Source: Gordius albopunctatus
Taxonomy: Eukaryota
Direction: 5' to 3'
NCBI GenBank assembly: GCA_964276515.1
Contig: OZ193909.1
Location: 1,488,001-1,552,000, forward strand
DNA length: 64,000 nucleotides
In this document: in pieces, positions 11,788-25,900 of the stretch
Position numbering within the stretch: position 1 is the first letter of the stretch
Layout of the letters: every line of letters begins with the position of its first letter
Position numbers and translations under genes: made by a program
Notes under the pieces: generated by a model
Told to the model about the DNA's origin: nothing
Database searches by the model: none
Seen by the model: only the letters and a program-made list of their open reading frames with translations

Positions 11788-12436
11788 TTACTAAGACATT
11801 TCTATCTCCCTTCCCCTACTCTCCTCCATTCCCGTCCGCTTTATGTGTGTTTGGCTAGAAAAGGGGGCAAGAGTGGAAGAGAAGGAGAATGGGAGACATT
11901 TAGATCTTTTAGAGTCTTCTTTGTTTCGATACAGTATATTCACAGATTAAAAATAAATTTCAAAACAATTTTTGTATTTGTATAAAATTTGTATAATATA
12001 AATCTAATTTAGCTCCCATTTAGAATAATTACATAGGACATGGGGGTGGATAAAGGTATATACACGATTTAGTATTTATATATTAGAAAAACAAATATTG
12101 GTGTGGATAAATTTAGCGTCTTCCGACTGACTCGATCGATTTCTAATCCATATGTATATACATGTTATAACAAAATAATAAAAATATTATAAAATTCATC
12201 ATATAATTTTTCGTAATTTCGATAAGGCGAGTGGTAAAAATGCGATAAAATTTTGGCTAGCGGCAGCTTAACGTTAGCACGGTTCGGGATGTGTGCGAAT
12301 GATGATTGTTGTAGAATAAATAAAGCGGAGACAGGCGTCTGAGCTGCTCGATGGAATTAGTAAAGTAGTCTGTGAGCAAAATGGATTTCTATTTAAGATT
12401 TCACAAAATTTTTGGTCACTAAGCTTAAAGTAGCTT

Positions 12437-15400
12437 TCATATGTAAACTTTTCTAGGGTCGGTATCGGGGCCGCTAGAAACTAAAACAACGGCTGGCCGG
12501 TTGAGAGGGGAGCTCGGCTGTCTCAAGCTAGCTGGTTGTGATTTTGGTGATGACAAATACCTTTGTGGGGGGTGTAGAGGGGGCAAAGGGGGTGGTTCGT
12601 ATATGGATTGATGATTTAGGGTAGAGGGTGGAGGAGGCGCGTGCACTTTATTCATCACAAAATATGCTGGGGCGTGATGATGGAGCAAGGCGGACCCATT
12701 ACCCAGTCCGCACCCACCACCAGACAGGGGTGCTGATGAGTGGGGCGACTTCTTGTCTAACCAGGCCCTTAAGCGAAAACCGAGGAAACAGCTAATGAGG
12801 CTTGTGGCGAAAGCCGTGGCCACTATAGCTAAACCCAATCGATCGGCCGAGCATTTACCGTTAGTGGTCGGACCAGAAATGACCGGGCCCGTCCTTCCGG
12901 TCATATCGGCGGAGAGATCGGGAAAAGATCGTCGTTCCCCTATTAGAGCTTGTCCGTCCGCGTCCAACGCCCGCACTCGATTACTCGAAACTTGATGTCT
13001 ATTTTCATCTTGTACAGCATGTTGATCACCTAAAAATTGAAGCCCATAGGCATCTTCCCCTTCCTTTCCCGCTATTCTCTTTAAATCCGCATCTTTAAAT
13101 CCATCGGGTGAACAAGGTAGTTGATGATAGGCGCCGGTGTAACTATGATGAACCGAGGTGTTGGGGGTACAACGTCGCCCGTCCCAAGCGCAATGAGGGT
13201 CGAGGCGACAAGCCGTGCAAATTTGAAATAGATGACAACGAGCCAAGGGAATGGCTAGGACCCGTCCCGGCCAAATTACCATCAAGTGGGCGCTCTCCCC
13301 GGAACCAGCTATTATAAAAGTTTGAAACGATGAATAAAAAAATGATTTCGAAAAATGTTATATTTTTATTAGCTAACCGAAAGCCTGAAATAGGTAATCA
13401 ACTGCTTGGATTAAGTAGACAGTTTTAGATTAATCTGTAAGCTATAAAAAAAGCTAAAAAGCAAAGGTGAAGCGAAAATTTATTGGAAAAACAAGGGGGT
13501 AAGCTTAATTCATCAGATGCGACGAAATTGTAAATATTATAGGCCCTGTGCATAAATAAAAGACAAAATTATTCCGAATTAATTGAACCAACCATGGTTG
13601 GGCTCAGGTTTATAAAGGGTGGTATGATAGAGCTACTATGCATTTTACAGCTCAATTTCAATATTGAATCCAAGATTGATGTCAAAAGCCAAATGTGCGA
13701 GAAACGTTGGCTATACAACACTGAACAAACAAACAGAGATTAAAACCGTCGGCATTTTCAATTCGTAGTTGGCCACTCCTTTATAAACTGGTGAAAGGAG
13801 AGCAAATCTGAGAGACTCATGCAGGAATGCCCACGAGCTAGCCTAGATTTGAATTAATTTTTCTCAATTTTTAACATAAAATTTGAATAGAATTATGAGA
13901 GGAGTTGTCAATTTAGCAGGCTAAACCCACGGGCTAACACCTACCATAATTTCTGACAATCTCGAGTCCGGTAATAGCTGATTGTCCGGCCGACATGATT
14001 CGGGTATCCAAAACTTCTAACTTCTCCAAGACTTCTACCTTGCTAGGCGGTCCTGCAGGACTACCCGTACGAATTGCCAATTTCAAGATGGCCCCCCTAT
14101 CGGTCCCCAAGTATATGACGTCACCGGGGGTCCGCGTGTCCGAGTAAGTTAGTCCATAATCAACGGTTATTACGGTGGGCATACGACCCGACCAAACGGC
14201 AAGAGGCCTACCAGCTATGGTTAAGTCTGGTACCAGGGGATTGTTTTGAATGTGGTAGGCGTCTTCGGGATCAATGGTGTAATCGTAGTCGCAATCGCCT
14301 ATGGCACGTTCGCCCGCCTTGTGCGTCCTGATTCCAAAAATTAATTTCTCGGTATTTATGAGAAAAACAAAACAAAAATTTAGATACGAAGTCGGGTTGA
14401 GTTTGGATTCGAAAATCTTGAAAATTAACTAGGATCGAACCTCGCAAAAGTTTAACGCATAAATCGGTTTGGAAAAAAGTCGTTGTTTCTTCTCATTTTT
14501 ATTTCCCAAAGATGGCCTTTATCAATCAGCCCGAAAAACCGATTGCCATTTCCCTTTAATCATTTCATTCATCCATATGAGCCATTTTTAAATAACGAAT
14601 ATTATTACAAAGGATTAGTGTTGTAAAAAAGGCTGGGTTTTGCTCGGTCAACCTCTGGTCTGTAACAAAGGATAGACAGTAAAAATAGTTATTTTATGAA
14701 CTGCTGCTGCGTTTACCATAATATTACTAGATATACAAAATTAAAAGCGAAATGTATACGTGTACCTAACCAATTCTTTTAATTTTTCCCAATTAAATAA
14801 CTTTTAGTGAATAAAATTTGATTACCGTTTGGAGTCGCGCCTTTTGATGCCGGAAGAAAATGCTTTTTCCAAGTCGAGGGCGTCGAATTGGCAAAGGGCG
14901 GAGACGGGTACAGTCCCCGGGGGTGCCGGAAGGGTAAAGAGGGCGTAAAATCGACCTCCACCTCCCGGGCCGCCCTCATCCCCTACGCTATCTGGGGGTG
15001 CGGCTGCAGCAATCAGCTGATCCAGGATCAGGACCCCAGCCCCACTTCCCTCTCCACGGATTTCGTGAAGTGGGCCCGTGTCTAAAAAAACAGTTTTTTC
15101 TCTGAAAATAACCAATATTGAATGTTATGACCCTAGTTATATTTTCTTCTTAGTTTTTGAGAGTTTTCGGTATTATTTAGAGGTGAGATTTGTTAATATT
15201 TCGATTAAAGTAAACTCCCAGGCCGAATCTTTTCAAGTGTCGGCCCGGTCATGCCAGAATCATTTTAGTTGCCCGAACTGCCTTAGGCCCAAATTAGTGT
15301 TTTTAAAATTTTCAGCACTAGTATCGTCCTCATATTTTTCAAATAATTGTATTTTAATTACCGATATTTTATGGGTGAGAACTAGATTAACGAATATTAT

Positions 15401-18400
15401 ACAATCCAATAATAAATTACAAAATAATCAATTCGTCATTTAAAAGATATCGTCGTGGAGCCCAAATGTTGTTATGATGCCCACCACACAAGGCCCCGTC
15501 GGAATTTTTTATCTAATTATTTTTAGATCAAATTTTTTAGTGGGGATGGGGGAATGTTCTCGGGTATACCTTCCCCGGTGGAGACGGGGCAAGTGATCCC
15601 TGCTTTAAGAAAGGTCTTCCATAATAAGGGCCGGTCGTAGATGGGATCTCTATAGCCCGAATCGTCTACGCAAACCCGGGCCACTCGAGAGGTGGTAATC
15701 ACGTGATCGGGTATCACGTGAGCGGACATCAGGTGTTGGGTGGGGATTTTGCGTTCTCGAAGGAGAAAGTAGACGAAACGTCGACCAAAAGCGAAGGAAG
15801 ATACGAATTGGGGAGCGTTCAGGGATGTGGGGGTCGAGTGGGGCGTCCTCACCGGTTCTCGGTATACGATTGGCTCCCCGCTCCAAACGTCCACGAAAGT
15901 TCCCGCAAAAATTTGACCGTCTGGCGGGAAAAAAAGGATGCGCGCGCGTGCGTAAATACGAAGTAGAAATGGGAAAAATGGCCGATGGATAGAAATTTAA
16001 TTTATAATTATAAGTAGGAAAAATTTAGATTCAAACTACTCAAGGGGCGCGAATGGGTTGTACTCATTGGGGTAGCCAGAAGGACAGCTGCCCTCTCTAA
16101 ATCCCAAAATTCTCTAAGACTTAATATGTAAAACTATGATTTAAATTAAGAAATTATTAAATCATAAAAACAGGGATGAGTACGTTGGAGCTGTGCGAAT
16201 TGATATAAAAAGAGAGAAAAGATTGGTGAAAAAACTCAACTTTTATGCTCAAAAGATGAGAGATCGAAGGTGTAAAGACTTACTGACGATAGTGGCAGTG
16301 GTATTTTGGTACTGGTGAAAGGCGGTGTAGCCCATTCCAGATTTTTCCTCAAATTCGAAGTGGCCCAAGCTAGGATTGTGACTCGGCTCTCCGCCATTTA
16401 TCTGCCGCAAAAAGTTATTTTGACACATGTTTCCAATTACTTTCCAAAGCTGCAAGTTTAAACACCATAGTCGTCCACCTTAAGTCTTAGTTGAACCAAA
16501 GGTGAGCCAAATATATCTCAGACGTTTTTACGACACTACTTAGAGCACTCAATCTTATAAATGCATCGAATGACAACTCTCATTCAACCAATTTCGATCC
16601 ATGTAAGGCCTGTAAGTAATAGTGATCGGTAAAATCAATCAATCAATCGATCGATACTTTGGGGTTGTCAGTTCGGTACGAGCGACATTTGGGGTCGAAA
16701 GCGTGCGTCCCACAAACCATAATTTTGTGAGGCGACAGGCGGCCCATCAAACGAACGTAATTGTGACAATCGCCTCGAGAATAATATTCGGACAAGCAAA
16801 TTCGCCTTTGACCTTCAGACACGTCCCACCTCAGCCCCTAGCAATTTGGAAATCAATTAAATATTTAACTTTAGGTAATAACACCAAAAAATTTGTAAGA
16901 AATTACAAAAATAGGTATATACATCATACCTATTGTGTAAGGCAAGTTTAGATGGCAAACCTCGCAACCGCTTACGGTATTCAGGTCAGAATATAAATAT
17001 TAGATGATTGAGCGCCTGGGTAATCGTAAAAAATACGAGTTTCCATGACAATTACAAGTTAGAGAGGACAGACGGACATCCAAAAGCGGGCCCATAAATT
17101 GCATATAACAAGTGTTTTTTCTCGCCGAAGCTTATAATGGGTTTGCCCATCAAAACAAACCGCCGATGATTTAGAGCATAATTCGTGTCACTTTAATCAT
17201 TTACCTACAAAATCCAAACACGTATCGCGATAATTTGGCATTAAATTATTCCCTTTTTTCGGCTTGCCAACAAAATCGCGCGCGCGAAACAAAGCAAAGC
17301 TAAAAGGGGCAAAGAGACAGACAGACAGAGCTTCGGGCTGGGATTGGAGTAGAAGGGTAATTTAATGTCGCCAACACTTTTTGTGACATTTATAACCCTG
17401 TCTGCACGCCCCCCCCCCTTTTGCTCGCTCTCGTTAATTTCAATTTCACACTAGGTACAACGCTTTTGGTCAAAGTGTTTTATATGCGAAAAGCTGCTGC
17501 ATACGAAATTTGATATTGTGAACCGACGTTAATTTCGCGTGTATACTCACTCCCCTTGTGTGTATACACATTCTCGGAAAATACTTTCACTTTGACACAT
17601 TTTCTCCCGAATTTTAATGAAGGCAATCCATCTGGATGATACCATGAAATTGGTGTTTTTTTAAGCAATTTAGTCTATCGGGGCTAGAGGAAGCAGAGGT
17701 TAGATTGTTTGAATTTTTAAGCCCGAAACCGGCAAAGGTTAATTTCATGAGCAAATTCCCCGTCCGAATCCTATTAAGTGTCTGCCGGGTGTCATGGCCA
17801 AACCGTTAAAGCTACCCAAACTGCCCGGTTTTTTAGTAAAAATTTTGTCATATTTTGCAAAAAATTGTGGACAATCAAGTACAAAAGTGACAAAATAAAC
17901 ATTAGGCCCGAAGAAAATCTAAATTTATGAAAGTTGCCCGGCCCGGCCAGGCTGAGACCGTAAGCTGGGTGGGCAAGGTCGAACAGTGAGCCGGACCGGG
18001 ATTTTCTGGATTCTGATTGGTGGCGTATTATTTATGAGTTGATTGGCGATGGGAATAAATGAATGTAAAATTTTCTCGTAAATGGGAATTATATTATTTA
18101 GCGACGGAGAAAAGCGCTTAAAATAATTTTTGGATAAAATCAAAATTATTTATTTTTGTAAAATAAAAAAATGAAAAATTTAAAAACTAAGCTATTCCAC
18201 CTTCTTGTAATCCAATACGTCCTTTAAACCTATATAAAACAAACTTTTGCAAACTTGTGTATTATTTTAAGTATACAGATCAAAAATTTAGTTAAAAACG
18301 ATAAAACTCACTTCGTGTTCGATGATATTTCCTTCCGGGTCAACGCTCAGGTTGTAAAGCCGATCTCTATTATAAAATTTTTGAACGTTTGTATGATAAT

Positions 18401-21400
18401 AAAAATACTATAAAAATTGTCGCGTTTCTAAACAAATCCACACAAAGTATGTATGGTATGGGTCATATATTATGAATGCACAACACCCAAGTCAGAGTTT
18501 GCCATTCTGAAGTTGTCAACAGGGCTGAGGAGGGCAAAACGAACCAAAATTTAAATTATGACCGCTAATAAGTTGCCTTAAAAATAAAGGATTTAGGCAA
18601 AAATTTGTTGGGGAAAAATGGGTAAATTTTTCACGCAAAAATATTTTTTTTCCTTAGGAACGGATCGGGTTAGAGACTATTTTTCGCTTTTCTCGAGAAA
18701 TTGTATCATTTTTTTAATTTAATTTAAAAGAATTTAAAATCTGAGCTGATATACCTTCTTAACCTTTTAATAGCAAATAACCTGTAGGAGTTAAAGCGAT
18801 CATAAATATTTTTTGTCATATTACATATTTTTCCGAGAACTAGGCTTTGGCCATGGAGATGCAAAAGCTAATTTCACAAAGTTATGAGTGAACGAAATCA
18901 TACAAATAGTAATGTTACCAAAAATTTAAGTTTTTATTTTACAAAAAAAAAGATGGACGGACAAGACAGACACGACATGTGTTCTATCGAAAATGAGCTC
19001 AGAAATTGCATAGTAATTAAAAGAACAGATTAAAAAGGAGTATGGGTCAAAAAATTTCATATTTTCGCAATTACAGTATCCAAAAAATTTTAGCAAAAAT
19101 GCCTTTTCCCACGAATAAAGTTATGAGTCTCGGCTTCAAAAAAACTTGAATCAGCTACTACAACTTAATCGAGCAACTCATCTAATTTGGTGTGATAAAA
19201 CTACATTTATAATAATTATACAAGTTTACGGCGAGAGAGAGGTGGGAGTAAAAAACCTAGGCGAGAGTGTAAAGCCGCACACACCTTATAATCTAAAACT
19301 TAACTAGGTTAAACACCACAAAAGGAGCGATTCGCGCTCCCTTTTTCATTGTGTCGCAGCAGTGTGCTCGTGCTCAAATGATATTTTGACGGAATCCCAA
19401 ATCAAAGTCCAAAATTACTGCTACGAAGATTGTTACTGGGTTCGTTTGGTGACAATAAAAAAAGCATAAAGTCCTTTTTTGGAATGTTTCACTTTCGTAA
19501 ATTTTGAAAATGCGTGAAGCAGTTTATGGGGGCTCACTTCGTTATTTTTTTTAATAATCTCTGTGGAAAACGTGAATAACGGGGCACATATCACGGTATT
19601 ACAACTAATTTTTGATAGAATCATTTGAAAAAAAAAATGCAAATTTGCCTCGAGATTTAAACTAATTTCCGTATAAATGTACGATCTCTTTCGTGTTTAA
19701 TAAAGCGTGTGAGCTACATAAATTATAATTTATGTTATTGGTCGAGGTTATTTTTGACAAAGTTTTTCCCCAAAACTTCCACCAAAACTAGGATTTTGTA
19801 GCCGTCCTCAATGTCGAGTCGCTCCAATATATAGACTAAAAATTAAAATTTCCCTAACTTTAAGGTTACGACAATATCACAGTAAAAATTTATAGCTTAA
19901 AAGCTTCGCTAATTTTTAGTGCCTTTTTTGGGACACGATAATTACAGATTGAGCAATCATTGTAAGGCTAAAAAATAGATTCGCGGACAAAGAAAATAAA
20001 TGATCGGCTCTAATTAATTGGTAGTGAAGCAATAGATTGGACAACCCTAAGGGACACATTAGTAGCGTTAAAAGCAATGATTTTTTATACGATCCTTCCA
20101 ATACAAGATTTTCAATGCCCAAGATTTTAAAGAGTCGAACTCGGGGTATTTTTTACCCCGACCGGATCGGACCAAAAAACTTGGTCTCCTCGGTAGTATA
20201 GAAGCCGCCTAGGCGAGCCAAAATAAAATTCCCCGCGCCGCGCAGCGGCAACAATGCAATTTACGCGCTAGTAGGTAGATTGACAATAGGAACGGGATTC
20301 TGGCACCACGACATTATCGCGAGGCTTTTAATGGTTAAAATGAGTACGCTTTCTCGACTCCTTCAAATTTTGGGAAATTTGTGAATTATAGAGTGGATAG
20401 ACTGTTGGTAAAAGTTAAATGAGTGTACCACTTTTACGCCATTTTGAAATGTTAACAAATGCCCAGTAATTTTGGTTAATTAAAATGTGTTCCCAAAACG
20501 TAACATGTGACAAAAAATATGGAGCTAATTAAGCATCAAAAACAGAATTTTTATGTAAATATCATTTACCCCCCAACAATTGATAAAAGAAATATGTAAT
20601 GCCATCTCCATTTTATTATAAATAATCATTTTTTAGCATTCTTTTTAATTTATTATATTAACTAATGAATGAGGAAGGTAAATTCACGTTTTCTGTCTGA
20701 AGAACAATGAGGTAAAACACCGCAGAAAGATCTGAGAGATTGTCACCATTCAAAATTGCATTGAGCAGTCTATTTATTTAGTCTATATGGCAACATTATT
20801 TAACAAAAAATCCTAGAATTTCACAAATTTTAGATTAAAGGTCGCTAGCAAAATTACCATACAAAAACAAAACGGCACGAAAAGATTAGACGTCACATTC
20901 TGTTATTTGGTATGTTACCTTCCTCCGAGGTAAATTTGGCCATTTTCTCGGAACAAAAAGTTGAAATAGTCGGGAAAAGTTTCGTTGTTTTGCCCTTCAA
21001 ACGCATTCGCAGATTGTTGTCCTTTAGGTAAATAATAACAAAAAATACACACACATATATATATAATATATATATATATAGGTAAAAATCAAAATCTTCC
21101 ACATTTACGTAATTTTTATATATTTACTCAATCATTAAAAAATAAAACAAAAATTGTTACTTTCATTAAATTATGTTAATTTGTCCTTCTGATATATATT
21201 GTTCACGCGTAGTGCGGTTATTGGAGCGGAAAAGGAGGAAAAGGCCGAAAAGCGAAGCAACTTTACTTTATCTTTGCCACAATTTTATAAAATAGCTCGC
21301 TATGAGAAATCGTGCGACTTTAAAAGCTTAGACGCGGAAATAGCGTCAACTTATCCTGTTATTTACTCTTCGGTTTTGTTAAAAAAAATTGTGGTTTCAA

Positions 21401-21655
21401 ATATAAAAATTAAATAAAAACTCTAAAATTTGCAACTTTTCACTATTTTTATACCTGAAATAGTTTTAAAAATTCGAACATTTTACGTTGTAAAGATAGG
21501 ACAAAGGAATCGTCGCCATTCATGGTCCGGGCAAAGCAACAAAACCACGTGTTAGAGAGCAAAATTTCAAAGTAGTAGTAACTAAGGGTGTGTGAAACTC
21601 TCACTATTATTCTCGAGTGTTGTAGTCGTACGTGCTGTTTTCCAGTGAAATTCAT
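12437..21655 (-). CDS. Transmembrane semaphorin (class 1, Sema-1a-like), about 828 aa; exons 21655-21487, 21021-20919, 18366-18312, 16837-16658, 16401-16284, 15920-15570, 15081-14826, 14327-13945, 13308-12437
   Basis: All junctions are GT..AG and phase-compatible. Sema motifs IYLGGRDRLYNLS, CHNYVR, VCGTHAFDPKC, FVYFLLRE, SRVARVC, WKTFLKA, SALCQF, IYLGTDRG; PSI domain CHLFQICTACRLDPHCAWDGRRC; TM LGLAIVATAFATSLISCFLGF; Pro-rich tail ending RKVYI. The first exon and start codon are least certain. Confidence 0.9.
15200..15500. mobile_element. Degenerate intronic copy of the MITE at 63263-63675
   Basis: Shares tgttttaaaatttt(c/t)agcacta, tgagaact(a/g)gattaac and ttgttatg(a/g)tgccc with 63390-63585. 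Confidence 0.6.
17694..18015. mobile_element. Intronic copy of the same CAGAG-ended MITE family
   Basis: Ends cagaggttagatt ... tctggattctg, with GCCCG repeats. Confidence 0.55.
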
Positions 21656-21784
21656 CAAAATGACAATGGGCAATGGGGGGGGGGTCTAAAAGGCCCCAAT
21701 GTTCTTCTTTTCGCGAACTGGATTTTCAAGTAGTTACTCGAACTTTAGATAGTACCTCATATTTCGATCGATTTACAATACCTA

Positions 21785-21966
21785 TTGGAATTAGAGGGTA
21801 GGGGGCAATAATGATTAAGAGAGGGGCAAAACGGAAGCTGACCCCCTTAGCGTGACAAACAGCTTTTGGAAAATGATAATTTTTTGAAATTTTGGCCATA
21901 ATTTTAATAACATTTTTTTGGATTTAGAAGAGGGCATGACCCCCCCCCCCTCTTGGCTACGCCCTG
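21785..21966. mobile_element. Copy of the GGGCGTAGCC-TIR MITE family just upstream of the semaphorin start
   Basis: Ends cttggctacgccctg; the body matches 3680 and 42351. Confidence 0.6.
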
Positions 21967-22206
21967 GCTTAAATTACATAGATTAAAATGAGACCCAAAT
22001 TCTAGTTTCTGGAGGATTTTTATGTAATCTGTTGAAACCTTAGCTACTAGGAGCTTTCTAAATTTCGACATTTTCAAAAATTTCGACATTTTCAATTGTG
22101 GCACCAACGGACAGGATAGCGGGGACTAGTGTTGTAAAAACGACTGGGTTTTGTTTGGGCGACCTTTGATGTTAGTCGCCGGATTTTTTGGTCTCCGTTG
22201 CTCTTA

Positions 22207-22559
22207 GGGCTTACCTTAATATCGGATTCAGATTCAAATGGCGCTAATTTATCTTTGTCTACTAAATATCCGATTCAACTGCATGAGTCAAACTGGGTTG
22301 TAATTAATAGTAATATTTTGTTTTTTGATCTAGTTAAAAACGTTCCTTCCTTATTTCAACTCTAGCTATATATTAAATCTAAACTTTGTCGATACGTCTA
22401 TAAATTTAACAACACACGTACACAACAACACATTCAAGCTTGGGGGAAAATTTGCATCTTACAAAATCGCTGTTGCGTCTGAGATGCAAATCTGCCGTGA
22501 ATTCCGAGTTAAGACACACGGCTATGTTTTAACCCGAAATCGGATATTAAGACAAGTCC
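22207..22559. mobile_element. PIF/Harbinger-like (Tourist-type) MITE nested in a TAGTGTTG MITE
   Basis: TIRs GGGCTTACCTTAATATCGGATT and (reverse complement) GGACTTGTCTTAATATCCGATT. TTA TSD at 22204-22206 and 22560-22562. The host MITE resumes with cataaacagac. Confidence 0.7.
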
Positions 22560-22920
22560 TTAGTCGCATAAACAGACCCAAGAAGAGTCCACTAAAAAAT
22601 TGGGGACAAATTTTGAAATACCAATTGTGGTTTTTGATTTAGAGGAAGGCATGATTTGATGCATTGCAAAAAAATCGATAACTTATTAAGGGGTCCGTTG
22701 GGGCGGGAAATGACCCTATAGGCCACAGACCCCAGACAAAGGCATATTAATCAATGTCAATATATAATAGATTTTCATAATAAAAAATAATCTTAAAATC
22801 ATATAATTTGTTATTTTAAAGGTAGAAATAAAAAACATTACAAATAAAAAATAATAATGCAGAAAAGCTTTTGAAAAGTAATGAAATAATATATAGATTA
22901 ATGTACAATGGTCAAGGGTT

Positions 22921-22936
22921 TAGCGCCATCTGGCGG
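22921..22936 (-). promoter_or_regulatory. CTCF-consensus-like motif
   Basis: The reverse complement CCGCCAGATGGCGCTA matches the CTCF core consensus and is an isolated GC-rich word in AT-rich DNA. Confidence 0.35.
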
Positions 22937-25900
22937 CTACAAAAATCTATGTATGTTTTTCCCCCTTGAGGATGGAAAAATTGATTAGATATGTTGCATA
23001 ACATAACCTTTTCTGATGTAAAAATTTGATTAAATTATACTTTTAAATTGATGAGGGTTAAACAATTCTATAAAAAGAAAGACAACTTATATTATATGTA
23101 ACTCTTATATATCAAATATAATTTAAATTATCTTTTAAATATGCAGTAGGCCAATCCAAAAAATAAATATAAATTAAATAAATTTGTAAAAAATTTATGT
23201 AAGTAATTGTGCAAAAATATAAAACAATTATTTGACCTAAATGCATATATAATTGCATGAAATATAAATGTTTTCATAATAAAGGACAACTCAAGCTGAG
23301 CCTATTTATGTACCAAGGATTTTTTAATTATAAAATTAATTAGAAGCAGCCTCATGGAACTATAAAATAAGGTAGTGTTATGTAAATTTATTGTGCATAA
23401 CTTATGTATGTATTGTATATGGAGATGACTTAATTAAGATGTGTGCTTGTGAGATTATAATTGATAGTTGCCTTAAGGATATAATTGATTAGTAATAAAA
23501 CTATTTTATGAATAAATAATACTACTATGTATTAAGCTAAATCTTTCTATTGCATATAATAAGTAAACTAATTTTAGGTTAAACAAAAAATATGAAAGGT
23601 ACAAGTTCAATCAATTTAATTCAAAATATATTTACTTAAGTCAAAAGAATGTAGAGGATTGAGATTTGAGATACATAATGCAACTTCCAAGGTGAGGATC
23701 AAATGGAATAAAGGAAAGAAATTGATATTTTTCCATTTATCCATCTTCTTAATATATATATCAAAAACAAGCGTTAAAAGCGCTTGCTTCACCGTTGAAT
23801 GTTAAGGATTTATTTAAATGTGCCATTTTATTCAAGAAAATTGTTGAAATTTGTGGGCGTTACTTAATTTGAATTGTCTAACGAGCATGGAAGCTAGGGG
23901 ATGGATGGTATATGAAAAGAGGGTGTACCAAGACGTAGCGCAGTGAGGAGAGGAGAGGGTAGATTATTATTGTGTTGTGTTGTGTGTGACATTGTCAATA
24001 CAACAAACGTGAAAGCTATGACGACGGAGATACATTATGCAATAAATAAATAATTGATGACAATAAAATGGAAATAAGTGTCGCGTTCATCCAACCTTGC
24101 CTTGTGCACTCACCACAGCACTCCCAAAGGTTGCAATGTAATTTTGGCGCAAATTTTAGTATCATTTTTATTTGTAATTCAATGTAAAAGTGGCTCTATT
24201 TATAGAAATTGATAAATATTAATGTCATTGCAGGATTTTTATTAGAGATATCGCATATAATAGGGAAATTAAATATGTTTTTAATGTAAGGCAAATTTTA
24301 AAAAATATTTTTTTAAGCTTTGGTATTTAGCGCAAAATTTAAGATTAATAAATTTCCGATTAATTTTTTTGAACTTCATTTGTAATGTGATTGGTGAAAA
24401 CTGACAAAAACCAATCTAAGCAGAGGTGCCAAATATTACATATAGTATGTGGGGCTCAGATAGTTTATTTAATACCATGTCCGAGTTAAACTAAAAAAAT
24501 TTGTGGTTGGGAAAAACTAACAAGTGTGCAGAACCTTGCTCATGCCAGACTCAAATAGTATATGCATAAATGACGGAAGGGGCTTCAACCAGCCAAAAAC
24601 ACTAAACTTTTTTTTTGCACCTTTAAACTTATTTTTTAGCCTTAAAAACTAAAAGGATTTTAAAATTCGTATAAATTTTATTTCAGAAAAAAAAACATAT
24701 ATTTTATTAATGAACATAACTCATTGACTTTTTTTTACAATATAAATAGCTAATAGTTCCCAATCTTTTTAATGACCATTTCGCCAATGTCCATTTTATA
24801 AATTTAATTTCGATCATTATACCGATTATTTTTTGCCATTATTGGTCTTGTTACGGGGTGAGAAATATTATTTGCTTAACATTACCTTAAAAAAATTATG
24901 CCTCTAGCCAGACTAACTTTATATAATATTTTGATTTTATTTCAACAAATAATAAAGATTATTTTACTCCCAAAACTAAAATAAATTGAGTTTGCATTGG
25001 CAAACAATCAAATTTAAAAGTCACGCTGTTTATGTGTCACTCCAATTTAATTTCCTCTCTATTATCATGGAAAGTAATTGATTATATTTGTGTAAATTGT
25101 AATGTGTAAAGGACAAATAGTTTTAAAGAGCTAGCTAGTTTGTTGAATGGTAAAAATAAGAAAATTACAAATATTTCAATAACTTCATTTTCACCCAAGT
25201 TGTGACCACGGTGCTCTGTAACCTGGGACCCGAGGAAAGCTAATAACTTAAGGTCAATCACCATAATCAACGATCCAAAAGTATTATCTAATTTAAGTAA
25301 AATAATTTTTTTAATCCAATACAAGTCCACTGATTTATGCCGGTTCGTTTATTTGATATATTTCAGCATAGTCATATGTATAACATAAATTATCAAAAAT
25401 TATACAGCTAGAGAAACATTTACTATAGAAAAATAAATAAATCTTACCAAACTGTCTTGCAGGACTTGCACTAAAGGACTTCGGCCTAAATTTTTCAAAA
25501 TCTTTATAGATTTGCTAAAATAATTATTATATATTTGACCCCCAATTCTAATTTTAATTTTGATCGCAATGTTAAATCTTATTTATATGCATCATTTTAA
25601 TTTCAAATATATTATTTTTTGCAATAAAATTAGTCCAATTTTCGCCTAAACTCCCCTAGCAAAAATATTATTTCTTTTTATCTATAACTTATTTCACAAA
25701 TTATCAGATTGTCTAATGTCATCATCACCTATCTTCTGGATTTTTATTTCTATAGCTCTAAGCTTTTATGAATCATTTTGACCTTAGGGCTTCCAGCCTT
25801 ATATAACTAAAATTAAGAAACGCATAGTGGATTCAAAGTATAAAAAATCTCTCTAAAATTTCCTATAAAATAGCATATATAATGTTTAATGTTTTTTTAG

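Noticed and set aside
12753..16951. Plus-strand ORFs over the semaphorin exons, and similar antisense ORFs over the Helitron and Gypsy
   Set aside because: Shadow ORFs of GC-richer coding sequence on the opposite strand.
20236..20272. GCCGCGCAGCGGC hairpin followed by CTAGT, resembling a Helitron 3' end
   Set aside because: No matching 5' end could be assigned, so it is too weak to annotate.
22960..23700. Possible + strand exons bounded by AG/GT sites
   Set aside because: I could not chain them into an open frame or recognise a domain; possibly non-coding or a decayed gene.
25082..25490. Short minus-strand ORF and a candidate 38-nt exon
   Set aside because: Joined frames hit stops and there is no recognisable homology.
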